Shown here one piece after another: positions 22,888 to 34,290 of a DNA stretch of 64,000 bases. The DNA comes from Salisapilia sapeloensis CBS 127946. Its lineage: Eukaryota > Protista > Oomycota. A program made the position numbers and the translations under genes. The notes beneath the pieces were generated by a model. The model had not been told where the DNA came from and made no database searches. It saw only the letters and a list, made by a program, of their open reading frames with translations. The DNA is taken from positions 1 through 64,000 of the forward strand of contig JAADVB010000081.1 in the NCBI GenBank assembly GCA_023334545.1, read 5' to 3'. Numbering within the stretch: position 1 is the first letter of the stretch; each line of letters begins with the position of its first letter.

Positions 22888-25560
22888 CTAGACGTCCACA
22901 ACGTTGAACTCGACGATGCTCCGGGCCAAATTCGCCATAATCGCGCTTTCGAAGCGAGCTGCGACGCTCGGATGATCGCGTTGCATCTTGCGATACTTGC
23001 TTCGACTAAGGAAGAAGAGGAGAGTTGTCGCTCGAGCTTCAGCCGAGAACTGATGTCGACGACGCAATGCGAACTCTGATGACCCGCAGATGCCACCACA
23101 AGACACGCGCATGACCCTCTTCCGTCCAGAGAAGCCAGGCCCCATGGCTTGATGGACCTTGGATGGCACATACACATCCACTTTGCCATACCCGATGAAG
23201 TAGATCCCAGTCACGAGCGATCCGACTCGATAGACCGTATCTCCTTCTTGTTTCCACATGTACTCGATATACTTTTCTCCAATCTCACGCGTCAAAGCAC
23301 CATCCGCATGCTCTCGCTTCGGCAACATCTCTTCCAACAACTGCATACGATCACTACCTTTCGGTATACTAGACGTAAGCGGTTGCACGCCTTCACTAAG
23401 CAGTAGTTCATCCTCACACCATTCAAGAGCACGGTCGACGGATTCAAAGACGAGAGAGCCATCGCCACTACCATCTTCATGCTCTAAAACGTCATGCACA
23501 CGTAACAAGTTCTCTACTTCAGGGATGACACTCGCGAAGATTAACGTGATGCCATGCTGATCCAAAAGCTGCTTTGTTGCTTGGAAGCAGCTACGGACGG
23601 CAGTGGCATCGACACCTCGTACACGTTCAAAGTCGAGGATGAAAAACTGTGTGCGCTTCGCGGTCATGATCTCCGCCGATTCATCCATCGGATCCGTCTC
23701 GAGACTTGAGAAGGCTGCACCACCATCTTCTAATGTCGTTAGTTCATCCTCTGCATCTGTCGTCCCAGCGACACTAATCGGTATTTCAGGGGATAGTAGC
23801 GGCGTGTGTTCCTGCATCACACCTCCATCCGAGTGATTCGCATTCACTAGTACATGCTTTCGTATCTCTTCATTCATCTTGACACTACTCCCGAAGAAGA
23901 TGAATCCGTCGAACTCTAACGTGACGATCGCTAGACGTAGACGCTCGAGTACACGTTGTTCTCGTCCACTACGTTCTACTCGACTACTCTTGACAACACG
24001 TCGAACGCTAGAAACGTTGATATACGAGTAGATAAAGTTGAAACCAGCGATGACGATGCCGAGGATGATCCCAGCTTCAAGGTTCAAAAAGTTCATCGCG
24101 AGGAACGTTAGCCAGACGATCGCATACTCTCGTCCGAGCATCTTCTTTCGAGCATGGTACATCCATTCCGAGATGAGGTCAGCGGCGATGAGCGTCTGGA
24201 GGGCACCGAAGAAGAATTTAGGAACGTAAGCGATGATCGAGAACGGACAAAAGACAACCACGATTTCTAATAAAGCGACGAGGACACCATTGAGACGAGT
24301 GAAGACACCGCCACGCATGGTGAAAATCGTTTGAGAGAAGATGTAGGAACCAGTGAAGCCACCCGTGAGACCGGATACGAGGTTACTAAACCCGACTGTC
24401 TGGAGCTCGACGTTATAGTCTAGTGGTCGACCAAGTCCCATCTCGACTGCCGCGACGTCGAGAGACGAGGAGAAGCTTACTACGAAAAACATAGCGATCC
24501 AATTCGGAATCTGAGCAGTCATGAAACTAAAGTCGACCTTGTCTAGTTGATAGAATTGGTAGCTATCGAATACAGAAGGTTGGGAGTGCGGGAGCTGACC
24601 GACCCAGCCACTGTCTCGAGCGTCTTGCATCGAGTACCCAAAGCCAAAGAGAATGGCGTAGAATATAAACAAGACAGATCCGAGGCAGCTCGGGAGGACA
24701 CCGATGTGGTCCACGTGCGTCACGATGACAAAGATGAGGACGCCGGCGAGGAGACCTGGTGCGATGAGTGTCAGCGACTCGGCGTTCGCGAGCTCTGGCC
24801 AGTCCGAAAGGTCTTTGATGGTCTTGGACGACATGGCTGATAGACCGGCGTCGAGACAGTAGAGACCGATGTAGGCGAGGTAGCCACCGATGACCGGCAT
24901 GGGGAGGTACTGGACGAAACCAGCGAGTTTCAGCTTGCCTGTGATGATGAGGGCGATACCGAGCAGGGCAGTAGAGCCGGCTAGAGTGAATAAAGTGGTG
25001 GCAATAAGCTCTTCGATACTATACGTCTGTGCTTTGGCTCGAACGGCGTCGGCGATGTTACTCGCCATGGCAGAGAGGAAGATGAGTCCTGCGTCCTGCA
25101 CTTGACCGACTGCAAAGGGGAGGGAACTACGAAAGGCAAAGCAGAGCTGATGGACGGAAGCAGACACGAGCACGAGCTTGACGAACATGTCCATATACGG
25201 CTGGAAAGCTTGGTCACGGAAAATGATTTGCGTAAAGCTGATCATCAATGGGATCAAGATGATCGTATTCAAGAGTCCATATAGTCCGACACGCACGGCT
25301 GCAGAACCTTGTGATGGCTCTTGCGTCGTCGTATCCATCGGTTGCGGTTTCAATGGTGAACGAGTGGTAGCGCCATTGGTCTGTGCTCGACGCTCGATAA
25401 AGTGGCGAGGAGTGCGTTTATGACTGATGCTACCGTACGCTACGTCGCTAGAGCGACGAGTGAGTATCGGGCTAAAGGATGTATCTCGGGGAGTCCGATG
25501 TCCATCGGGAAAGCGAGCAGGAAAACCTGGAGACCGAGCAGCGGCCCCAGCACTATTCAT
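22888..25560 (-). CDS. SulP/SLC26 anion transporter with STAS and C-terminal cNMP-like domain
   Basis: Multi-TM SulP core (FSSSLD, TGSYIFSQT), STAS (GFIFFGS..ILDFERVRGVDATA), cNMP-like tail (YFIGYGKVDV..RRRHQFSAEA). Confidence 0.93.
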   Translation of the reverse strand: MNSAGAAARSPGFPARFPDGHRTPRDTSFSPILTRRSSDVAYGSISHKRTPRHFIERRAQTNGATTRSPLKPQPMDTTTQEPSQGSAAVRVGLYGLLNTIILIPLMISFTQIIFRDQAFQPYMDMFVKLVLVSASVHQLCFAFRSSLPFAVGQVQDAGLIFLSAMASNIADAVRAKAQTYSIEELIATTLFTLAGSTALLGIALIITGKLKLAGFVQYLPMPVIGGYLAYIGLYCLDAGLSAMSSKTIKDLSDWPELANAESLTLIAPGLLAGVLIFVIVTHVDHIGVLPSCLGSVLFIFYAILFGFGYSMQDARDSGWVGQLPHSQPSVFDSYQFYQLDKVDFSFMTAQIPNWIAMFFVVSFSSSLDVAAVEMGLGRPLDYNVELQTVGFSNLVSGLTGGFTGSYIFSQTIFTMRGGVFTRLNGVLVALLEIVVVFCPFSIIAYVPKFFFGALQTLIAADLISEWMYHARKKMLGREYAIVWLTFLAMNFLNLEAGIILGIVIAGFNFIYSYINVSSVRRVVKSSRVERSGREQRVLERLRLAIVTLEFDGFIFFGSSVKMNEEIRKHVLVNANHSDGGVMQEHTPLLSPEIPISVAGTTDAEDELTTLEDGGAAFSSLETDPMDESAEIMTAKRTQFFILDFERVRGVDATAVRSCFQATKQLLDQHGITLIFASVIPEVENLLRVHDVLEHEDGSGDGSLVFESVDRALEWCEDELLLSEGVQPLTSSIPKGSDRMQLLEEMLPKREHADGALTREIGEKYIEYMWKQEGDTVYRVGSLVTGIYFIGYGKVDVYVPSKVHQAMGPGFSGRKRVMRVSCGGICGSSEFALRRRHQFSAEARATTLLFFLSRSKYRKMQRDHPSVAARFESAIMANLARSIVEFNVVDV

Positions 25561-25835
25561 TCTTGTCGCTCTTGAAAATGGTATAGTCAGGCTTCATCCA
25601 TCTGGGTATGAGACGATCCAAGAAAAGGAGGGGGAGGTACTTGATACCTCCGGAATGGATGGACAATCGAGAGAGATGGTGCTAGTACGTTCATGAAAGT
25701 TGTCATGTACTATGGTATCTAATATGGAATTCCAGGTTTCCATAGATATGGGATAAGCAAGGTTTCCGTTGGTGATGGATTGGCAACGAGTAATATGGTA
25801 TACTTGGTTGGACGTTTCTACTTGAACCTTTCGGT

Positions 25836-26713
25836 GTGCCGGTAGATGAGGAAGATGTAGGTAGAGACGGAATGTACCTTGACTTCGCTCTATCTAATGG
25901 GTCTGGCTATCTTTCGAAGGAGTTGAGATTAGAGGAGGGATGCATTAGGATCTACTGCGCTGCAAAAGAGATTTGTGTGGTACATGGATCTTGTCTCGTC
26001 TGCACGGCTGACGGGAAGGTAGCAGATGTCGATACGAACAGCGGTCGTATCAAGGCTTTGCTAGTGCATATGCGTTCTGTCGACGATGCAGAAGCGTCGG
26101 CAGTATGCGCTGTGGCGATACTTTCAAGTCGCTTCTCTTCTTTCATGACGTGTATAAACGCATTTCGATGCTAGTTGCGGACATGATGTATAGGATCACA
26201 GTACCTGATATCTTTCCTTTCTACTTTGCTGTCGTCATTGATGAGGTTTGTGCAGGTTGTGCACGACAAAGCTCTCTTCCTCTCGTATGCCCAATGATCA
26301 GGAATACGTACGGCATGTTTTCGTTTAATACTTCTCTCCATAGAAAGCTACAGCATCAAATGTACATCTTGTTCATCCGTACCAACCTACACTACCTAGG
26401 CGATGAATATGTAAAACCTCCACTTGAAAACTGTTGTCCCCGTCCTCGGGTCCTGTCTGGTGGTAGAGCCAATAACGTAGATCTCGAAAGGATAAGGCAC
26501 GGTTACCATATCTCAGGTACATCGTGCTTTCAAATCTACTCTTCATGCACACAGCACAGGAGCTTCATCCCAATTATAACAGTGTGCAAAGTCCGAGGTA
26601 TTAAATTATCGCAATACACCACAGATACTGAAAGCATACAAGACGATCTACTAGTTACATTCTATCCAAATAATACTAGTATAAGACGAGAATGTAAGCG
26701 TTCACTTTATTAA
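25836..26713 (+). CDS. Probable multi-exon hypothetical protein
   Basis: Overlapping 112-aa and 202-aa ORFs joinable by short GT-AG introns; no domain recognised, ends uncertain. Confidence 0.35.
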
Positions 26714-26745
26714 TCCATGGCAATTTCAATTTGCTCACGATCTTC

Positions 26746-28808
26746 TTAAGCATACATGCTTTCGATTACGTCCTTATGGTTCTCCATGACATTTCGCCGC
26801 TTGAGCTTCAGCGTCGGCGTCATCTCACCGTACGCGAGCGAAAAGTCTCGGTCCAGGATCGCGTACTTGGAGACACGTTGGGCATGGGAAATCGCTCTTT
26901 CATTCGCACGAGCGACACCTTCATCCAAGTACTTTTGAATGTTTGGACATTCCTTTGCCTCTTGGACAGTTGTCGCTGAGCTTCCAACAGATTCACATAC
27001 TCGCAAGGCTGTCGGGTCCAGCTGACTCGTCGGAAGTCCATTCTCATCAGGAACTGTCCGTAGAGTAAGGAGAGCAGAGACAAACTTTCGGCGGTCGCCA
27101 ATCACGACTGCATTCGACAGAATGCTCATTTCGTCCTTGAGGACGTTTTCAATCAGACCTGGATGCATGTTCTCTCCGCCTGCAGTGATAATGAGCTCCT
27201 TAATACGACCAGTGATCTTCACGAAACCGTCTTCATCCACGTCGGCACAGTCACCCATGTGATACCATCCTTCGTCATCTATCGCTGCTTTCGTCTGGTT
27301 CTCATCGTTTAAGTATCCCATCATCACGTTTCGACCGTAGAGGCACAACTCACTCGTGCCTTCCTCCGACTTGACCTTGGATCCGGACAAGGCTGGACCG
27401 GTGGTGCCGATCTTCCAGATACCACGATTACCAGACGTCAGCGGTCCTGTTGCCTCACTCGCGCCCATGACCTCATAGACGGGAATGTCGAGCGCAGCGA
27501 AGAACTCGAGCGTCTCCTTTGCAATGGGAGCAGCAGCGCTGATACATAGCAGAGCTTCGTCCAGACCAAGCGCTTGCTTGATTTTGGATAGCACAAGCGC
27601 ATGGCAGATGCCATAGTCGTACGGATCGCCGTCTTCCTGGCCGTACTGAGAGTACTGGCTACGTCGCCAGCCACTGCTTTTGGCCCAAGCCATCAGAAGG
27701 CTCTTGATCAGACCAGACTCAGCCGCGACAGTCTTGAGCTTCTCTGCCATCTTCTCCCATACTCGAGGCACGCCAATGAAGATTGTAGGCTTCACCTCCT
27801 TTAGCGTGTCCACGAGTGATCCCTTGAGCGCATCCGGCTGGGCAAAGTAGACCTGGCAGCCTGATCGCATCGGCAGGTGGACGTCAGCTGCCAACGCTGC
27901 GATGTGCGAGAGCGGGAGAAAACTGACGATACGATCGACGTTGCTCATGGATCGACCGTAAGGCTCGTAGAAGTGAGGTGCTGTGGATGCCATCGTCCAT
28001 GTGAGGTTGTCGTGGGAGATCATGACGCCCTTGGGATTTCCAGTCGTACCGGATGTGTAGATGAGCGTACAGCACTCTCCAGGATGCTGCATTTCCATTC
28101 GTTCCTGCAACTGCTCGTCCGGTACGTCCTGTCCGACTTGCAAGAACTCTTCGAACGAGTACACAGGAATGGTGGCGTGGATGTCCTTCGGTACCTCAGC
28201 GTTATAGACGACGAGAGCCTTGAGTTGTGGCAAGTCCTGCTGCACCTCCAACAGTTTATCTAGCTGCTTCTGACCGTCGCAAAGGACGACCATCGAGTTG
28301 GAGTGCTCGACAATGTACTTGCAGGCTGGAGGCGTGTTTGTCGCGTAGATACCGGTGCCGATGCCTCCCGCGAAGATCGTGCCGATGTATCCCATGACCC
28401 ATTCAGGCGAGTTGAAGCCAATGATACTTACGCCTTGGAAGCGTTGGATACCGAGATGCAGGAGAGACTTGCCGAACGCTTTGCTCTGGTCGTAGTACTC
28501 TTGGAACGTCATCGAGTGCCTATCATGGTCGACTAAGCTCTAGGTTTCCATAGAAAGAAAATGTAACCTAAGTTACCATTTGTCACCGCGTTTGATATGA
28601 AATGCTGGCTTTGAAGCGTCCTGTTGGAGACGGTCGTGGAAGACCTCGATGACCGTTTGGGCGGGGCGAGCACCTAGCTCACCGTCGCATGGACGGATCT
28701 CCACTTGGCCGTCGATGCGCCAAGTCTGTCGATAAAGGTATGGGTCTATTGGCAATTGTAATTGCAGTCGAAAGAGAAGTTGCGTACACGATAGTCGGAA
28801 GGTGCCAT
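26746..28808 (-). CDS. Long-chain acyl-CoA synthetase (bubblegum/ACSBG-like), 3 exons
   Basis: AMP-binding motif IYTSGTTGNPKG, YHMGD, ITGRIKELIITAGGEN, PTLKLKR; two short 5' introns. Confidence 0.94.
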
Positions 28809-28819
28809 GTCCAGAGTTT

Positions 28820-28836
28820 GTAAATTAGGGAAATGA
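28820..28836 (-). promoter_or_regulatory. Oomycete INR+FPR core promoter
   Basis: Minus strand TCATTTC-CCT-AATTTAC matches INR YCAYTYY plus FPR MWTTTNC, ending 11 nt before the acyl-CoA synthetase ATG. Confidence 0.7.
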
Positions 28837-29699
28837 TATCCAAGGGAACCAAGCGGCTTTCAAACGGACGGCATGCATGTTGTATGGACGTGAGGGATTA
28901 CACCAATCTTGTCACTTCAAAGTGGTAGTACGATGTATTGATATGCAATTATCGAGTTTCTAATGGCTTGAAGGTGCAAGTACCTTGATGGAGAACGTTC
29001 ACGATGTAGTTGCCACGTTGACCGGGCGTTCGCTTCGATATCATATGCAACGACTTATTGTGGATACGACAGAAGCTCCATACGCCATAAAAGTTTTGGC
29101 ACATGAAGTACCAAGGGTGTCCTCGTCCACGGTAGAGTGGCTCTTGGTGGTAGAAGGTCTCGATTGGAAGGACGCATCGAGCTGTACTGGACATCTTTAT
29201 AAGACCGGTAGAGAGACCAAGGGCGATGCGCATTCGAGCCGGATAGAAGCAATCCAACATTAACAACTGGGTGCACTTGTGTCAAACACTATCACTACCC
29301 TTGCATGGAAGCGTCCGAGTATACATGATTCGCTTCCTTCTCTCTGTACGCCAGTCACTTAGGTCCAAGACCTAATCCAGGTGTATGTCTTCCTACTCAG
29401 AGTTGACATGGTATCGAATCTGATGTTCTCGAAGGTGGTTTCATCAACTATCTTCACGTCTCTCGTCTCGATTAGAAATAGCGAAAGGCAAGGAAGATGC
29501 TATAGCACACACGCCAACTTGCATCAGACCAGAGAGTATTTCGAACGTATAGCCCAAAGCTCGAAAAATCGACTTTGACGTCGTCTCAAAACTTTTCGCA
29601 CAAGCGCACGCCACTTCCGTCGCCTTGTTTATGATACTGACGCCATTACGCCGGGAGCGCCGGCGAGAGGGCAGTCTTGCCTTCATGATACTCAGAGGC

Positions 29700-30479
29700 A
29701 TGCACACGTCCCCCACCGCAGTCCCCACCCGCGGCTCGACCATCGTCGGCTCGCAGACCTTCTCCGGGTTTCACGGACGCAGCCCACTCTTCTCCGCCAC
29801 TTCAACTACCATATCGCCCGCTTCGACCAATGCGAGTCGAACGCGGTCCTGGCAGTCGCTATTTGACGCGCCGGACGACCCGGCTGGTCGCTACCGGCAT
29901 CGACGTCATGGCGCCCATAGCGCCAATGCTGCACGCGGCATTGTCTCGCGCAATCGCTTCGACAGCCTCGACGACGATTCGGATATGAACGCTGTAGGTC
30001 CATCGCCACTTGAGTTAGCTGCAATACAATCGCAGCGAAAGCCACCAAATAACGCGCGACGGGCGCGGAGACGTAGTGCAACGGACCAGAGCAATCAGCT
30101 TGCACCAGCAAAGTGCTCGAGCTTGATGGTCGCGAGTGTCGAAGCCGTGCCATCAGACGTCCGTGCGCACGCCGAGACGCAGGACGCGAACGAGAATGGT
30201 ACATCTGCAGGTGGCTGGGTCCGTGGGTCACCAGCAGAAGTCCGATGGTCTGTTTTGGACACCTCGATACAAACCGTTCGGTTGGATGTCTGCAATGCCA
30301 AGTGGGATGTCCCGACGACAATCTCGACGGAGGCATCAAACGATGGCACTTTTCTATGGAAACGAGTGTATTGGGGCATGCCGATCACGGACGGATATTA
30401 TATAAACGTCTATGATGCAACGGAAGGCAAAGAGTTACGTCTACTCGCGACAAGTGACTACTTTCGTGTCGTTCGTTAA
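29700..30479 (+). CDS. Hypothetical protein, disordered N-terminus with a C-terminal beta-rich (Ig-like) domain
   Basis: 259-aa ORF; tail VRWSV..NDGTFLW..DGYYINV..SDYFRVV has a beta-sandwich pattern. Confidence 0.7.
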   Translation: MHTSPTAVPTRGSTIVGSQTFSGFHGRSPLFSATSTTISPASTNASRTRSWQSLFDAPDDPAGRYRHRRHGAHSANAARGIVSRNRFDSLDDDSDMNAVGPSPLELAAIQSQRKPPNNARRARRRSATDQSNQLAPAKCSSLMVASVEAVPSDVRAHAETQDANENGTSAGGWVRGSPAEVRWSVLDTSIQTVRLDVCNAKWDVPTTISTEASNDGTFLWKRVYWGMPITDGYYINVYDATEGKELRLLATSDYFRVVR

Positions 30480-30586
30480 ATCTCGAGCTAGAGCCGATCG
30501 GTCACCTCGCTCTCGTCGTCCTCTTTTGCTTCGCGTCAAGTTGGTAGAAAATGGAGAAATAAAAAATCAAATTATCATCCACACAC

Positions 30587-31588
30587 TTAAAATGTCTTCG
30601 GCCGGAAGCGCTGGAATGAACGTTGGAGCTGCTCGCCTTGTTGCACGGCCTCGGCGATCTTGGTGTCCTGCTCTTCCATCATCTCCGCCTTGGACGCCAC
30701 GTCCGCTGCTTTCTCGATCGGAACTACGATCACGCCGTTCGCGTCGCCACGGACGATGTCGCTGTTCCGGACGACGCAGCCCGATACACTGATGGGACAC
30801 CCAACGTCCGCGACGGTCGTGGCACCGCGCTGGCCGTGAACAGACGTACCTTTGGCGAACGCTGGGAAGCCCATGGTGCATATCTCCTGGACATCGCGCA
30901 CGCGACCATCGGTGACGACACCCGCGACGTTGCGAGCTTTTGCTGCCGTCGCGAGTAGTCCGCCGAATACGCCGGTGGTGCTACCTTCGGGCGCACTGAT
31001 GACGATGACTTGACCCATCTCGGTCGTGTCAATGTAGTTAAATGGTAGCTTCCGGACGGCAGCGCCCTTGGCAGGAAGCACTTTGACCGTCAATGCCGGT
31101 CCGCAGATATTCATAGACAAAGGGTTTTCATACCCTCGGATTAAATCTACGTCTACGAGATGTCCTTCAATTTTAATGGACGCCATGGCGTCTGCAATGG
31201 CACATGTCGATAGCTTGGAGAAGCGCAGGAGGAGATCCGTATCGAGATCATCCGTCTCGAGGAAACCTACAACGAGTTAATATAAACTACGTGAAAACTA
31301 CGAGAGTAATTTACTTGGTAAAGCGAGTTGCGCCGAGGCGTCTTGCAACGCGCCTTCGGATGTCATGGGTGGATTTGCACTGCGCTTACTTGTCTTTTGG
31401 TTGCTTACAAAGTTCGGCATGCAGCCGCCGAAACGAAGGTGCTCGGCTAAACGAGTCGCGTTCGCCGCGTACTGCTTTTGACACTTTTTGCACTCGTACC
31501 GGACGAGGTTTTTCCCAGACTCGATACTATCTTCCGTCGGCTCGATGCGTGTGAAAAAGTCGTAGACGTTCGAGGGTTTCCGTCCCAT
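30587..31588 (-). CDS. BED zinc finger fused to RraA-like / HMG-CHA aldolase domain (317 aa, 2 exons)
   Basis: Exon 1 31315-31588: VYDFF..CKKC..ATRLAEHL..C; 48-nt intron 31267-31314 (GTAAAT..TTGTAG, phase 1); exon 2: STCAIADA, CGPALTV, GGLLATAAKARNVAGVVTDGRVRD. Confidence 0.8.
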
Positions 31589-31805
31589 ATCCTCGGCACC
31601 ACGCACGTCAACTAGCTGGTCGTCCACACTTGTGCGTGATACTTTCGCGTAGTTTTCTCCGCCTTTCGTTTCTTCCCAACAAATTGTGTAACTTATACTT
31701 GTATGCAATGTTTCTCGAAGGTACAAATAACCAACACAGCCGAAAGAAAAGAATTTGGATAACTTCCTAAAAAAGCTTGTTTTTGTCTAGCTTTAAATCA
31801 AACGC

Positions 31806-33923
31806 TTAATCCACCTCTTCCATCGTGCTCTCCTCTTCCTCGCCCTCAAGCGGAGGCAAGTCGTCCATGTTCTCATCCGCAGCATCATCATCGTCGTCGA
31901 TGCTCAGACCGAGCTTAATAAGACGGTGGATACGGTTCGCGAACGTCGTCGGCTCATCGAGGCTGAAGCCAGACGTCAGGAGCGACGTGTCGTAAAGCAA
32001 CCAGATGAGATCCTTGACCGTCTTGTCGCTCTTGTCGGCCTCGGCCTTTTCACGAAGCGCCTTAATGATCGGATGGAGCGGGTTGATCTCCATCGTCTTC
32101 TTCGACGTCATGTACTGCGACGTGCTGCTGTCACGAAGCGCCTGCGCCTTCATGATACGCTCCATGTTGGCAGACCAGCCGTACTCGCCCGTCACGAGTA
32201 CGCACGGGGACTCGACGATACGGTTCGAGATCTCGACCTTCTCGACCTTGTCGTCCAAGACCTCCTTCATGAGCTTGGTAAGACCCTCCGTAGCGGCCTT
32301 AGCCTCCTCGAACGACTTCTTCTCGTCCTCGGTTTCCTCCATCTGGAGTCCTTCCTTGCTCACCGAGATGAGCTTCTTGCCCTCGTACTCCTTGAGCTGC
32401 TGGACGGCGTATTCATCGATAGCCTCGACCATGAACAGCACCTCGTAGCCCTTCTTCTTGAGCTTCTCAATGAACGGAGACGTCTCGACCGCCTTCTTGG
32501 ATTCACCCGTGACGTAGTAGATGCCAGGCTGGTTCTCCGGCATGCGCGAGATGTAGTCGTCGAGCGACGTCATGTCCTCACCGCTCTTGGTCGAGTGGTA
32601 GCGGAGGAGCTTGGCGATCTTGTTACGGTTCGTCGAGTCCTCGTGGATACCGAGCTTAAGGTTCTTGCTGAAGGCCTCGTAGAACTTCTTGTAGTTCTCC
32701 TCGTCTTCAGCGATTTCAGCGAACATCTCGAGGCACTTCTTGACCAAGTTCTTCTTGATCACACGCAAAATCTTGTTCTGCTGGAGCGTCTCACGCGAAA
32801 TGTTCAACGGCAAGTCCTCAGAGTCGACAACACCCTTGACGAAGGACAAGTACTCAGGCATCAAGTCCTCGCAGTTGTCCATAATGAACACACGACGGAC
32901 GTAAAGCTTGATGTTGTTCAGCTTCTTCTTTCCGCCACCTTCAAACATGTCGAACGGAGCGCGCTTCGGCGTGTAGAGGCACGCCTTGAACTCGAGCTGA
33001 CCTTCAACAGAGAAGTGCTTGACGGCCATGTGCTCCTCCCAGTCGTTCGTGAGCGACTTGTAGAACGAAGCGTACTCGTCGTGCGTGACGTCCTCCGGCT
33101 TGCGCATCCAGATCGGCTTCTGGTCGTTCAGGTGCTGCCAGTCGTGCGTCACCTCCTGGATCTTCTTGGTCTTCTTCTTCTTCTCACCATCTTCGTCCTC
33201 ATCAACTTCCTCAACCTTAGGCTTGTCGTCCTCTTCCTTCTCGTCTTCCTCCTCTTCCTCATCGTCAGTCACCTCCTTCTCTTCGGTCTTCTCGACGTAA
33301 AGACGGATGGGGAAACCAATGAACTCGGAGTGCTTCTTGACGAGGTCCTTGAGCTTGCGCTCTTCAAGGTACTCAAGCATGTCCTCCTTGAGCTTGAAGT
33401 CAATGCGCGTACCACGCGGGATGCGCTCGCCCTGGTCCGGGGTGATCGTGAAGGAGCCACCAGCGGCAGACTCCCACACGTACTGCTCGTCGTCATTGTG
33501 CTTGGAGTGGACGACGACCTTGTCGGCAACAAGGTAACCAGAGTAGAAACCGACACCGAACTGACCGATCATAGAGATATCAGCGCCAGCGGAAAGCGCT
33601 TCCATGAAGGCCTTGGTGCCAGACTTGGCAATCGTACCGAGGTTGTTGATCATGTCGGCCTTGGTCATACCGATACCAGAGTCCTGGATGGACAAAATGC
33701 CGTTGGCCTTGTCCGGGATGATCTTAATCTCGAGGTTCTTGTCAGCGTCAAGGACGGACGGGTCCGTAAGCGACGCGTAACGGATCTTGTCGAGCGCATC
33801 ACTTGAGTTACTGATGATTTCACGGAGGAAAATGTCCTTGTTCGAGTAGAACGTGTTAATGATCAGACTCAAGAGCTGGTTGATGTCCGCCGAAAAGGCG
33901 AAGGTTTCTGCTTCCGCGCTCAT
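31806..33923 (-). CDS. HSP90: Cytosolic HSP90, intronless
   Basis: [32 protein letters not shown]-terminal MEEVD; true ATG at 33923. Confidence 0.99.
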   Translation of the reverse strand: MSAEAETFAFSADINQLLSLIINTFYSNKDIFLREIISNSSDALDKIRYASLTDPSVLDADKNLEIKIIPDKANGILSIQDSGIGMTKADMINNLGTIAKSGTKAFMEALSAGADISMIGQFGVGFYSGYLVADKVVVHSKHNDDEQYVWESAAGGSFTITPDQGERIPRGTRIDFKLKEDMLEYLEERKLKDLVKKHSEFIGFPIRLYVEKTEEKEVTDDEEEEEDEKEEDDKPKVEEVDEDEDGEKKKKTKKIQEVTHDWQHLNDQKPIWMRKPEDVTHDEYASFYKSLTNDWEEHMAVKHFSVEGQLEFKACLYTPKRAPFDMFEGGGKKKLNNIKLYVRRVFIMDNCEDLMPEYLSFVKGVVDSEDLPLNISRETLQQNKILRVIKKNLVKKCLEMFAEIAEDEENYKKFYEAFSKNLKLGIHEDSTNRNKIAKLLRYHSTKSGEDMTSLDDYISRMPENQPGIYYVTGESKKAVETSPFIEKLKKKGYEVLFMVEAIDEYAVQQLKEYEGKKLISVSKEGLQMEETEDEKKSFEEAKAATEGLTKLMKEVLDDKVEKVEISNRIVESPCVLVTGEYGWSANMERIMKAQALRDSSTSQYMTSKKTMEINPLHPIIKALREKAEADKSDKTVKDLIWLLYDTSLLTSGFSLDEPTTFANRIHRLIKLGLSIDDDDDAADENMDDLPPLEGEEEESTMEEVD

Positions 33924-34049
33924 GTTTCTCTTGTTTCGGTTGAAAATGCGCGCTTGAGGTGTCCGCGGCAACTATGGAAATGACTGGGTGCAGGTCTTGC
34001 GGATCTTTTATTCGACTTACTTGACTTTTGTATGGGCGACCCTTCCCGC

Positions 34050-34290
34050 CCAATGCGCCACCGATTGGAACTTATCGATGGATCTTTCTCGAACTTGGAT
34101 TCGAGAAGGGTAGGACAGCAAGTATGAGGATGGAGGTTCGCTTGGATGGGGCATTTTAATTATAATAGAATAGTATAAATGGATGCATGGAAAGTGTAGA
34201 CGGAGATGGTGGGGAGGTAGGAGGCGACGAGCTCTTCCGTGGATGGTGGTAGTAGCATGGAAGATTCTAGACGGATGGGAATATTCGAAC
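34050..34290 (-). promoter_or_regulatory. HSP90 upstream CCAAT boxes and heat-shock elements
   Basis: CCAAT 34050-34054, ATTGG 34064-34068; TTCnnGAA dyads 34086-34093 and 34100-34107; GAAnnTTC at 34260 and 34279. Confidence 0.65.

Noticed and set aside
28949-29285. Short ORFs upstream of the acyl-CoA synthetase
   Set aside because: Three overlapping short ORFs on both strands with no domain or convincing splice pattern
31926-33806. 626-aa antisense ORF over HSP90
   Set aside because: Expected shadow of strong C/G-ending codon bias in a highly expressed gene; no domain signature
18521-33923. Two J-proteins and HSP90 as a chaperone cluster
   Set aside because: Different compartments and seven unrelated genes between them; likely chance in a gene-dense region
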